The position numbers and the translations under genes are program-made. Below, in pieces: positions 47,012 through 55,737 of a DNA stretch of 64,000 nt. The DNA lies in IMG/VR virus record IMGVR_UViG_3300036715_001160; one strand, given 5' to 3'. The notes beneath the pieces were generated by a model. That model made no database searches. It saw nothing but the letters and a program-made list of their open reading frames with translations, and was not told the DNA's origin. Origin of the DNA: an uncultured virus (IMG/VR IMGVR_UViG_3300036715_001160) (Duplodnaviria > Heunggongvirae > Uroviricota > Caudoviricetes). Each line of letters opens with the position of its first letter. Position 1 is the stretch's first letter.

Positions 47012-48616
47012 CTATTTCTTTTTAGTTTTGACTACTCCACCTTTTTTTTTTATAATTCCACGGCCTTTAAGAATATCAGCTTTAGTTACTTTACCATCTT
47101 TATTTAAATCTGGAAAAGATTTTACTGATCCTCCTTTTTTCATCATCTTAGCTTGAGTAGCTTTTTCTTTATCCCGTAACTTAGTTGCTCTATCATTATT
47201 ACCTCTTGACTCAGCTCTTTCAGCTCTTCTTTCTCTACTTGCATTTATATTACTTTTTACTTTGTTTATTAAGTTTGCTCTAGGCACAGTTGTTGGTGCA
47301 CTAGAAGATGAAGTACTAGAAGATGAAGTACTAGATGCTTTAGAAGCAGGTTCAATTATTTTTAAATCTGCAGGATTTTTTGTTTCAATAGCTGATGGTC
47401 TTTTTGTTTCCATTTTAGTAACTTCATCAGAAACTTTATCAGCAACTTTAGCAGTTACTTTAGGAGTAGTTTTTTTAGTTTTTACTTTAGGAGTAGTTGC
47501 TACTTTAGGTTTATCATTAGATGTAAAAGTTGTACCATCTTTTTTTACAACTTTTACATGTCTATTTCCAGATGCATCAATATATATTGTAGTTTTAGTT
47601 CCATTTGCATTAGTATCTGTTTTAGTAATAGGTTTTAAATTAGTAGGTCTTTTTAATGAACTACCATCACCTGCTTTATTACCTTTAGTATCTTCTGCTG
47701 CTTTTTTAACTTTATCTAATAATGGACTACCCTTTGGATTTACATGAGTACTTTTATAAAAACTTTGTCCAGCATATGTAGTAACTTTAGTTTGTTTCTC
47801 ACCATTTGGTTTAGTATTTATAGTTGTTGTAGTTCCAGTATTAGGACTTGTATATTTTTTAGTAGAACCAGAAGATTTAGCAACTGGTTTAGGAGTAACT
47901 TTTACATTATCACCAACTTTATTAGGAGTAACCATTTTAGATAAAGCTCCTGTATTAGTTCCTGGTTTAACTTTTGGTTTAGCAGCAGGTTTAGTTGTTT
48001 TACTATTCTTATAAGAATCAAGTGCATAAGCACCTGCTCCAATAGCCGCATATCCTGCAAGTTTTTTCCAATTCTTACCACCTTTTTTTGCTATTTCAGT
48101 AAAATTAATTTTAGCTATTTTTGCAGGGACTTTAGATGCAACTTTTAATCCTGTACCTACTACTTTACTACCTGTTGAAGCTTTTTTTGCAACCTCTAAT
48201 GCTTTCATTTGTGCTATAGTTAAAACCTTAGCTGGAGCTTTAACTGGAACTTTAGCCGCAACTTTAACAGTTTTAGCTGGTAATCCAGGTTTAACAGTTT
48301 TAGCTGGAAGGTTAGATTTACTTGCAATTTTTCCAGCATTTGCTTTATTTGCTCCTGCTGTTCTAGCAGCAAGTGCTTTATTTGCAAGTACTTTTCTAGA
48401 AGCAGCTTGAACAGCTTTTGATGCTGTAGATTTTTTTGTACCACCTCTTGCCATTTCATTAAGAGTACCACCTTTTCTACCAAATCCCATTTGAGAAGAA
48501 GTCCCCATATTTTCTTGAGGTATACCATATAATTGTACTGGAGCTTTTTTTACTGCAGATCCTCCTAGTGCCATTTTTTTAGTGCCTCCACATTTAGCAC
48601 ATCCTATCTTTGCCAT
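47012..48616 (-). CDS. Histone H1-like K/A/P/T-rich protein (534 aa) with EF-hand-like C-terminal motif
   Basis: PAKTVK repeats, one hydrophobic helix (LAGYAAIGAGAYAL), FPDLNKDGKVTKADIL, several xxGG motifs. Confidence 0.7.
   Translation of the reverse strand: MAKIGCAKCGGTKKMALGGSAVKKAPVQLYGIPQENMGTSSQMGFGRKGGTLNEMARGGTKKSTASKAVQAASRKVLANKALAARTAGANKANAGKIASKSNLPAKTVKPGLPAKTVKVAAKVPVKAPAKVLTIAQMKALEVAKKASTGSKVVGTGLKVASKVPAKIAKINFTEIAKKGGKNWKKLAGYAAIGAGAYALDSYKNSKTTKPAAKPKVKPGTNTGALSKMVTPNKVGDNVKVTPKPVAKSSGSTKKYTSPNTGTTTTINTKPNGEKQTKVTTYAGQSFYKSTHVNPKGSPLLDKVKKAAEDTKGNKAGDGSSLKRPTNLKPITKTDTNANGTKTTIYIDASGNRHVKVVKKDGTTFTSNDKPKVATTPKVKTKKTTPKVTAKVADKVSDEVTKMETKRPSAIETKNPADLKIIEPASKASSTSSSSTSSSSAPTTVPRANLINKVKSNINASRERRAERAESRGNNDRATKLRDKEKATQAKMMKKGGSVKSFPDLNKDGKVTKADILKGRGIIKKKGGVVKTKKK
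47300..47335. repeat. 15-bp in-frame tandem repeat (STSSS)
   Basis: actagaagatgaagt x2 plus partial copy. Confidence 0.75.
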
Positions 48617-48636
48617 AATAATTTATTTTAATATTA

Positions 48637-48807
48637 TTAACATTTTTTACCTTTAGTACCTCCCATTTTCATTTTAGGAGATGGCTGTGGTTTGTTTACT
48701 TTACCTGGAGATTTTCCACCTGGAGTTTTTAATGCATACACTGGAGAATTGGTTCCACCTACTCTGCCTGTTGCTCTTTGTTGTACATTTACTTTTGCGT
48801 TAGCCAT
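48637..48807 (-). CDS. Small basic protein, 56 aa (start revised to ATG 48807)
   Basis: MANAKVNVQQRATG...KMKMGGTKGKKC; the track's upstream start at 48837 lies inside a terminator hairpin. Confidence 0.65.
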   Translation of the reverse strand: MANAKVNVQQRATGRVGGTNSPVYALKTPGGKSPGKVNKPQPSPKMKMGGTKGKKC

Positions 48808-48819
48808 GATATATAGTTT

Positions 48820-48849
48820 AAAAAAGCATACCAGCATTACTGGTATACT
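48820..48849 (-). terminator. Rho-independent terminator
   Basis: Minus strand GUAUACCAG-UAAUG-CUGGUAUGC followed by U-tract. Confidence 0.7.
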
Positions 48850-48859
48850 CTAGATTTAT

Positions 48860-49870
48860 TTACATATTCCACAGTTTTTCAACTTGTGCATTTAAATCCT
48901 TTAAGATATCCTCATTTAAAGGGTTTCTTAAGAACTCAGTTACATCTGAAACATTTCTACCAAGTAAGCTATTTGTCTTAGTATGATAGATATGTCCATC
49001 TGACTTATTAATAATATACTTAAAAAATATGGAATCTTTTACAATTGCTTTAATTTTTAATGTTTCCATATCTAAAGCAGCAGCTTCTAAGAATCCTTTT
49101 GCAGCTCTTTCTTTGTTTCCTTCTGTACCTTCACCATTAATATGTCTATCCATATTGTCATAGATTACATCATTAGGTGTATGTTTTTTATACTGTATAC
49201 TTGCAGTATCAACGGATTTAGCAATGTAGAATAATTTAGTACTATTTTTATCAAATAGTTTTTGTAATTCAGCAAGTGCTTTATTTTTAAGTTTTTTGTA
49301 TTCAGTTTTAATTCCACTTGTTTCTGTAACTTTATCTAAATAAAATTTTGGTGGAACTGCTTTTGATCTAGCATCATCATAACTTCTTGATATAAGAGAG
49401 AATCCTCCAGCTTCAACAGCATATAGTTTAATTCTATCATATGGATTAGCAGGATCTAAATATACTGGATCATTACCACATGACATATTTATTTTATTCC
49501 AGAATTCTTTATTACTTGGATTAAGTAACTTAATATCATTCCAAAATGTTGGGCTATCAATATCTACTACATTAGCTGCTAATTCTTTTTCTAATTCAGC
49601 TACTGCAATTCTGATCTCTCTAACTTTTGCAATTCTTTCATCTGCTGGTAATAATTTAATCTCAGGAGCAAATTCATTTAATCCTGTTACATATCTTACT
49701 ACTCCATTTTGTTCTAAGCAAGCTAGTTGCTCATAATGTTTAACACCATCAAATAATGATTGGCCATAATGTTCTAATCCCATGTTTGACATTGAGTTGT
49801 CAAAATAAGGTTTAACAGAGATTTTATTACTCTTGTTAACATTTAATACTTCTACGTGTGTAAAATCCAT
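48860..49870 (-). CDS. Conserved crAss-like structural protein downstream of MCP (portal-vertex / gene-75-like)
   Basis: RYVTGL.E...LNPSNKEFW...LDPANPYD...A..P.FYL; synteny. Confidence 0.6.
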   Translation of the reverse strand: MDFTHVEVLNVNKSNKISVKPYFDNSMSNMGLEHYGQSLFDGVKHYEQLACLEQNGVVRYVTGLNEFAPEIKLLPADERIAKVREIRIAVAELEKELAANVVDIDSPTFWNDIKLLNPSNKEFWNKINMSCGNDPVYLDPANPYDRIKLYAVEAGGFSLISRSYDDARSKAVPPKFYLDKVTETSGIKTEYKKLKNKALAELQKLFDKNSTKLFYIAKSVDTASIQYKKHTPNDVIYDNMDRHINGEGTEGNKERAAKGFLEAAALDMETLKIKAIVKDSIFFKYIINKSDGHIYHTKTNSLLGRNVSDVTEFLRNPLNEDILKDLNAQVEKLWNM

Positions 49871-49909
49871 TTTGTGTTGGTTTTAAAATGTTTATAATTG
49901 TAAATATAA

Positions 49910-49942
49910 TAAAAAAGGAGGAGTTAAATCCCCTCCCTTTTT
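49910..49942 (-). terminator. Rho-independent terminator after MCP
   Basis: Minus strand GGGAGGGG-AUUUAA-CUCCUCCU followed by U-tract. Confidence 0.8.
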
Positions 49943-49961
49943 ATGTTTCTAGTTTGACATA

Positions 49962-51578
49962 TTAGAATGATCCACCAGTGATTGGATTTCTCATAACAAT
50001 TTTCAATACTTTAGTTGGATCTTTAACCCAAATAGCAGGCATTGTTTGAGACATCATTACACGGTATCCGTTGAATTGTCCAGAAGACTGGAATCCTTGA
50101 GATCTACCCATATAATCCATTGTACCATTTTGGTACCACCATTTCAATTGATTATCCCAAGATAATTTCAACATGTAAATGTTGTCATTAGTGTTATCTG
50201 TGATATCAAAGATAATGAATGAATAAGAAGATAATGGGAAACCATCAATAATAGGATTCTCAATATCATTAGTGTGAACATTATCAAATGCAGGATTAAG
50301 TACAAATTTCACATTAGCCAAGAATGGTATAACGTAAGAAGTGTAAGCAAATCCAAAGTTTAAGTCCATACCTTTACCAGTGATAGCACCAATATCAGCA
50401 GCTTGAATTAATAAACCTGAAGAAATAGCTTCTTGTTTAATTGATTCATTAACCATACGCATACCACCCATACCTGTTTGAACAACAAGTTGACGTTTAG
50501 GATCTGGTCCTTGGAATTCAACTTTACCATTAAAGAAGTTATATAACTCACCTCTGAATAAATCCAAGTTAAAGTTATTTTTGTTATAAATTCTTTTGAA
50601 AGAGTTGTCTAATTGTTTCCACAAACCTACAGATAATCTTACATCATCAGGTCCATCTTGACGTACTCTACCCCCGTGTCCCCACATAAGGTAAGTCTCA
50701 ATATCAGAAGCAATTTTAGTTAAGTGAGCAGCTTCCATGTTTGTCAAGAAAGTTCTTGATAAATCACCATTGTCAAATGCTTTTTTAACTGAGTCTTTAC
50801 CCATTACTTTAACCATGTCATCCAAAGATGAAATAGATGGATCTAAACCTTTTAAGTGAGATCTCCAGATTTCAGTTACAGGAACTGTACCATCTGCATT
50901 CATTCCACCTTTGATCATTAAATCTGCTCTAGAAGAGATAGAGTAATGAACGTGAGCTTCAGCACCACCAACAAAGTTATAGTACTCACGGAATCCTGTG
51001 TTAGTTTGGATGTCTGAGAATCTCTCACCATACTCACCTCTAGCAGAACCTTTACGGAATACTTTAGTACCATTAGCTAAATAAGCATTATCAAGATACT
51101 TGTAGTTATCATTGTTAACTAACTGTACAGTATAGATAAAACCATCACCAATTGGTAAAATATCATCAGCAGTAATGTACATCTCACAACCATTGTATTT
51201 GTCATAAGTGATGATATCACCATGTCCAAATTCACGCTTGTTTAACTTGATTTTGAAAGTAGAACCTTCAATACCTTTTGCTGCATTTGCTGGCTCAATA
51301 TCTTCAACTATGTAAGGAAGATCAATTGATAGTGGAGTTTGCCATTTGTACTCACCACGTGCGTTATCTACATTGATAACATTTTTTCCACCAAAAGAAG
51401 ACAACTGGTATAAAGGCATTTCAACTTTTTGAGCCATAGCCCATAAGTCTACTGGACCTAAATCCATTGGTTCTGCATCTTTTAGCATGTTCTGTAAATG
51501 GTAAGAATCTACATGTGAACTAGCATTGTATGCCGTATCACGCAAGAAAATCCCATTATTTAATACTGGAGTTGCCAT
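49962..51578 (-). CDS. Major capsid protein (crAss-like HK97 fold)
   Basis: 538 aa after portal and acidic protein; GEYKWQ, E..LMWG, GLWKQL, TGMGGM..., F....Y..PF...V.F..NPAFD, I.VKDPTK motifs; followed by strong terminator. Confidence 0.85.
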   Translation of the reverse strand: MATPVLNNGIFLRDTAYNASSHVDSYHLQNMLKDAEPMDLGPVDLWAMAQKVEMPLYQLSSFGGKNVINVDNARGEYKWQTPLSIDLPYIVEDIEPANAAKGIEGSTFKIKLNKREFGHGDIITYDKYNGCEMYITADDILPIGDGFIYTVQLVNNDNYKYLDNAYLANGTKVFRKGSARGEYGERFSDIQTNTGFREYYNFVGGAEAHVHYSISSRADLMIKGGMNADGTVPVTEIWRSHLKGLDPSISSLDDMVKVMGKDSVKKAFDNGDLSRTFLTNMEAAHLTKIASDIETYLMWGHGGRVRQDGPDDVRLSVGLWKQLDNSFKRIYNKNNFNLDLFRGELYNFFNGKVEFQGPDPKRQLVVQTGMGGMRMVNESIKQEAISSGLLIQAADIGAITGKGMDLNFGFAYTSYVIPFLANVKFVLNPAFDNVHTNDIENPIIDGFPLSSYSFIIFDITDNTNDNIYMLKLSWDNQLKWWYQNGTMDYMGRSQGFQSSGQFNGYRVMMSQTMPAIWVKDPTKVLKIVMRNPITGGSF

Positions 51579-51613
51579 TTGTATTTATTTATTTATTTAT
51601 TTATAATACTTTT

Positions 51614-52867
51614 TTAAAATCTTTTAAACATATTGTTGCCACCTGTTCTTGAGACTGTATTGTTTGATGTTGTTTTTCTAGTTTGTGCTCTTTCCTCATG
51701 TGGAATAGATGAAGCAATTTTTTTACCTTCTTCAGTCTTTAACATTCTTACAGTTTTTTCAGTAGCAATCTTAGTACCTTGATCTTTAATCTTACTTTTA
51801 TATCCTTCTGGATCTGCTAATAGCCAAAGAGCTTCAGCAATAAGATCATGTCTTGGTTCTACAAACTGATATTTTTCTAACAAGTGTCCAAGTAAGTTAG
51901 TAGGTTTACCTGATATAGAAGGATAAGCTGGTTGAACTAATCCACTGTATAACATGTTTTGTACTTTCTTATCTAGTTTAACACCATCTAATTCACCTAC
52001 TGATAATACATTATATACATTATCTGTATATTGTTTAGCAGCTTGTACTTGTTGTTCTTTTTTAGTTTCCTGTTCTGCAAGTTTTCTAGATACTATCTCT
52101 TCTTGCATTCTATCTAACTTAGGTTTAAACTGTCTAGCTTTTTGTCCTAACTTATCTACATCTGCCCAGTCTTCAATTTCTGACTCTATTTCTTCTGGTG
52201 TACCAAAATTAGTAGCCCAAAGATATTGTCTTGCAATTTCTGCTTGGTGATTCTCATCATCTGGATCAAGTTCAAATACTTCTTCTACTTGAGCAAGAGT
52301 TCTGAATAAACCTTTAAGATCTTGTCCACCATCTGCTACATATTTAGCTGCAGTTTTTAATTCATCAGGTAATGCATTAAAAAAATCTTTAGGAGCTGTC
52401 TCTTTAATTTTTCTTTCTTTCTCTTGAAAGTTGGCTTCAAATAATTCTCTAAAGTCTTTAGTAGTATAATCTTCTAAATCTTTATCATCATCAAATCCAA
52501 ATAGAGTACCTTCTTCTATCATCTTAGCTGCTAACTCATGAAGACCTGACTTATCTATCTTTGGTCTTCCTTTGTTACCTGCATCTTCTTCTTGAGCAAT
52601 AAGTTCATCTAACTCATCAATAGTTTCTTGGACTTCTTCCTTAGTAATAGTCTGCTCTGCCGTATCTGGTTTACTTGTTACACCAGTTTTGCTGTCAAGG
52701 AACTCATAATCAGTTTTTTTATCCTTAGTAAAAAGAGATTTCTTTTCTTCTTCTTCTTCTGGTAGCATCACGTTTTCTGCCCCAGGCATTCCAAATAATT
52801 CATCCAAGTTTACATCTACTTGTGATACAGTAGTATTTTCTTGAGTTGTTTGTTCTTCAGTATTCAT
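51614..52867 (-). CDS. Acidic scaffold-like protein
   Basis: Very D/E-rich N-terminus, helical body, located between portal and MCP. Confidence 0.6.
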   Translation of the reverse strand: MNTEEQTTQENTTVSQVDVNLDELFGMPGAENVMLPEEEEEKKSLFTKDKKTDYEFLDSKTGVTSKPDTAEQTITKEEVQETIDELDELIAQEEDAGNKGRPKIDKSGLHELAAKMIEEGTLFGFDDDKDLEDYTTKDFRELFEANFQEKERKIKETAPKDFFNALPDELKTAAKYVADGGQDLKGLFRTLAQVEEVFELDPDDENHQAEIARQYLWATNFGTPEEIESEIEDWADVDKLGQKARQFKPKLDRMQEEIVSRKLAEQETKKEQQVQAAKQYTDNVYNVLSVGELDGVKLDKKVQNMLYSGLVQPAYPSISGKPTNLLGHLLEKYQFVEPRHDLIAEALWLLADPEGYKSKIKDQGTKIATEKTVRMLKTEEGKKIASSIPHEERAQTRKTTSNNTVSRTGGNNMFKRF

Positions 52868-52980
52868 ATGTTGGTCTTTATGTTACTATAAATAATATAA
52901 CTATTTTAATGCAAATAAACTTCAAAAATTTAGATTTGTTTAATTTTATTTTTTCATTTTTGGCATTATATGGCTAAGTG

Positions 52981-55731
52981 TTATTTCTTCTTATCAGATT
53001 TTCCTTTAACATCATATTTATTTTTGTTTTCTCTGGCCACTTGTAATTGTTTATCAGCAATATTTTGTTGAACTATGAGTTTTTCTCTCTCTAATTCTGT
53101 TTTCTGATTATTGTTAGAAGTTCTATTAGATTCTTTTTGTCTTTCAAGACTCATTTGACTAGTGAATTGTTCTGAGTTTTGTATTTCTCTTAAAGTATCA
53201 TTGTAATCAGATTGTTGATTTTCATTAATATCTTGTGTAGCACCAAACCCAGCGGACCTAATTTCAGCAACAAGTATATCTCTCTGTCTATCTTTTTCTC
53301 CTCTAATGTCTTCTGAATCTCTTTTAAGTTTTTCATCTTGAGCTTTTGCTTGTAATGCTTGATCTTGCATATCTTGTTGATGTTTCATTTCTGCATCTTT
53401 CTGTGCTTTAACTTTTTGCTCAGAATCTTTAAGTACACTGTTTAATTCAGATATACTTTCTGATTGCATTAATCTTCCTAAGTCATATATTGAAGCTCCC
53501 GTAGTGTTATTAGTTATGGCCATATTTTTTAATTGCTCTAATACTGCTCTATAGTTAGCTTTAGTAGTTGCAAATATATTAAGATCTCTCATTAATAAAT
53601 CTGTACCATTAATCTGGAAGTTTACTTTTTCATCTGCAGAAGTCATATATGATAACCTAGCAGAAGGTTTAGTAGATTGATAAAACTGTGCAAGATCTGT
53701 TCTCATCTGATGTACTCTTGGCATTAAGTAATCTGAGTGTTGTATGAAGTACATTTCTGTTTGAGCATAAGATGATCCAACTGCTTGTTCTACACCTGTT
53801 GCAGTTTGTTGAGATAACTGCTGACCCATTCTTTGTGGATTAATACCTATAACTTCATATGCTTGTTGTTTCATATATGTAGCTAATTGTATTCTTGACA
53901 TTAACCTATTAGTCTGTTCTAAGTCTAATTTCTGAAAGTGTTGGAAGTTAAGAGCATTCTCTGTATTAGTAATACTGGTATCTAAAGGCAGCATCTGAAA
54001 ATTCTTCATTGCTACATAAGCTTTAGCTAAATTGTTTTTACCCCAGTCTTCACCCATAGAGTGTCTTGGTAATGCATTCTGATCTAATAAAATAACTGTA
54101 CCTAACTCATCTACTAAAATATCTGCTATTTGGTTATTAACAATATTATATCCTATTTGAAAAGGTTTCATTAAATCTATTAATGCAGTTGACTTAGTAT
54201 TTCTATCTGAGAATACTGCACCTTCTACTGGTAGTTTACATCCGTATAAACTATTATCACCTTTAAATTGAAATCTAAGTGGTCCTATGTTTTGTTTATC
54301 AACACCAATATATATAGGAGTAAATCCACCAGGGTTATTCATACCCCAAAAAGAAGGAATGTTTGGTCCAATTTTAATACCACCCCATACCTCATTAATC
54401 CAAATCCAGTCTATATGCTCACCATATACAATATTGTCTTTAGTTTTATTTTTAAAGAGTCTTGTATCATACACGGGTGAGTCTGTTACTTTATAGTCTT
54501 CAGTAATAATTTCTGTAATTACTTCACCTGAGTCAGTAACTTTAGTTAAGTGACCTACTTTTCTTTGAGATTTCCAGTATGCTGTAGTACAACGTAATAA
54601 ATATGCAGTACCTTGATCATAATAATCTTCTCCTTCTCTAAGTATTTGGTTAACAATATCACCACTGTTAAATTCATTATTAGCTGCAGCAGTAGAATAT
54701 TGTCTCATTCCTAATGAAGGCATGTTAGTATTCCATTCATGTGATTTAGTAGCATCATAAAATGATCCGTCATTCTGCACACCTCCAATGTTATATCCTG
54801 CTGATCTGATAGGATAAATAGCTTCTAATGATGCCATCTGATCTTCATTCATCATATATCCATATTTGTCAATAACATCAGCTACAGTTAACATGTCTGT
54901 TTTACCAACCCAATTAGATTGTGATATATATCTTGCATCAGGAGACTTGTGATAAAATGTAAGTACAGGATTCCATAATTCTACATCATAATCATCTTCC
55001 ATCATACGCATGTGCCAGAACTCTCTATCTGTAATAAGCATATCTCTGAATCCTCTTTCTTCTAACTCATCTATTCTAAATCTTTCAGTATCAACTTCAT
55101 GTTGATGAGAAGCCCATTGTTCTACTATAGATCTATAATCTTTTTTAAAGAATTGTTCTATTTCAGGTAATGTTTTAAGTTTTTCTGGATTTAATTGTTC
55201 TTGTGCTTCTGGAGATTCTGGATTAAGACCTTGTTCTACTAATGCAGATGTTATCTTCATCTGTGCATCTTGCATTAATGTGTCTTCTACCATCTGTCTT
55301 TTTTGCTCCATCATTTCATTATATGATCCTTCATCAACAGCACGGTATGTTAACTTACTTGATCTTTTAGCAAACTCAGCTACAAGAACATTAATTACAT
55401 TGGGTATAATTGGATAAAATTTAAGTTCAAGTGCAGAAGAATCTTCTTTAGTAAGAGTCTCAATTATATCTCTATAATCATTATCTTCCTCTACAATGTA
55501 GTCAGACTTATCAATAACACCTTTAGCTAACTTATAGTTTTTCATTAACCTACGGGCATTTCTCTTAATCTGTTTAAGACCATTCCACTCTAACCAGTCA
55601 AGATTCCAAGCTGCCCACTTATCATCTTTTTCTACTTTAGGAATAAACTGTAAAGGTTGAGTTATACTACCTAACCTGTTATGTTCTGTCTTTGCACCAT
55701 TCTTAATTTGTAAAGCGTTATATACTTGCAT
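52981..55731 (-). CDS. Portal protein
   Basis: 916 aa after TerL; LKFYPIIPNVINVLVAEFAKR, WINEVWGG.KIG, SLIDLMKPFQI.YNI, GINPQRMGQ, coiled C-terminus. Confidence 0.85.
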   Translation of the reverse strand: MQVYNALQIKNGAKTEHNRLGSITQPLQFIPKVEKDDKWAAWNLDWLEWNGLKQIKRNARRLMKNYKLAKGVIDKSDYIVEEDNDYRDIIETLTKEDSSALELKFYPIIPNVINVLVAEFAKRSSKLTYRAVDEGSYNEMMEQKRQMVEDTLMQDAQMKITSALVEQGLNPESPEAQEQLNPEKLKTLPEIEQFFKKDYRSIVEQWASHQHEVDTERFRIDELEERGFRDMLITDREFWHMRMMEDDYDVELWNPVLTFYHKSPDARYISQSNWVGKTDMLTVADVIDKYGYMMNEDQMASLEAIYPIRSAGYNIGGVQNDGSFYDATKSHEWNTNMPSLGMRQYSTAAANNEFNSGDIVNQILREGEDYYDQGTAYLLRCTTAYWKSQRKVGHLTKVTDSGEVITEIITEDYKVTDSPVYDTRLFKNKTKDNIVYGEHIDWIWINEVWGGIKIGPNIPSFWGMNNPGGFTPIYIGVDKQNIGPLRFQFKGDNSLYGCKLPVEGAVFSDRNTKSTALIDLMKPFQIGYNIVNNQIADILVDELGTVILLDQNALPRHSMGEDWGKNNLAKAYVAMKNFQMLPLDTSITNTENALNFQHFQKLDLEQTNRLMSRIQLATYMKQQAYEVIGINPQRMGQQLSQQTATGVEQAVGSSYAQTEMYFIQHSDYLMPRVHQMRTDLAQFYQSTKPSARLSYMTSADEKVNFQINGTDLLMRDLNIFATTKANYRAVLEQLKNMAITNNTTGASIYDLGRLMQSESISELNSVLKDSEQKVKAQKDAEMKHQQDMQDQALQAKAQDEKLKRDSEDIRGEKDRQRDILVAEIRSAGFGATQDINENQQSDYNDTLREIQNSEQFTSQMSLERQKESNRTSNNNQKTELEREKLIVQQNIADKQLQVARENKNKYDVKGKSDKKK

Positions 55732-55737
55732 ATTTTT

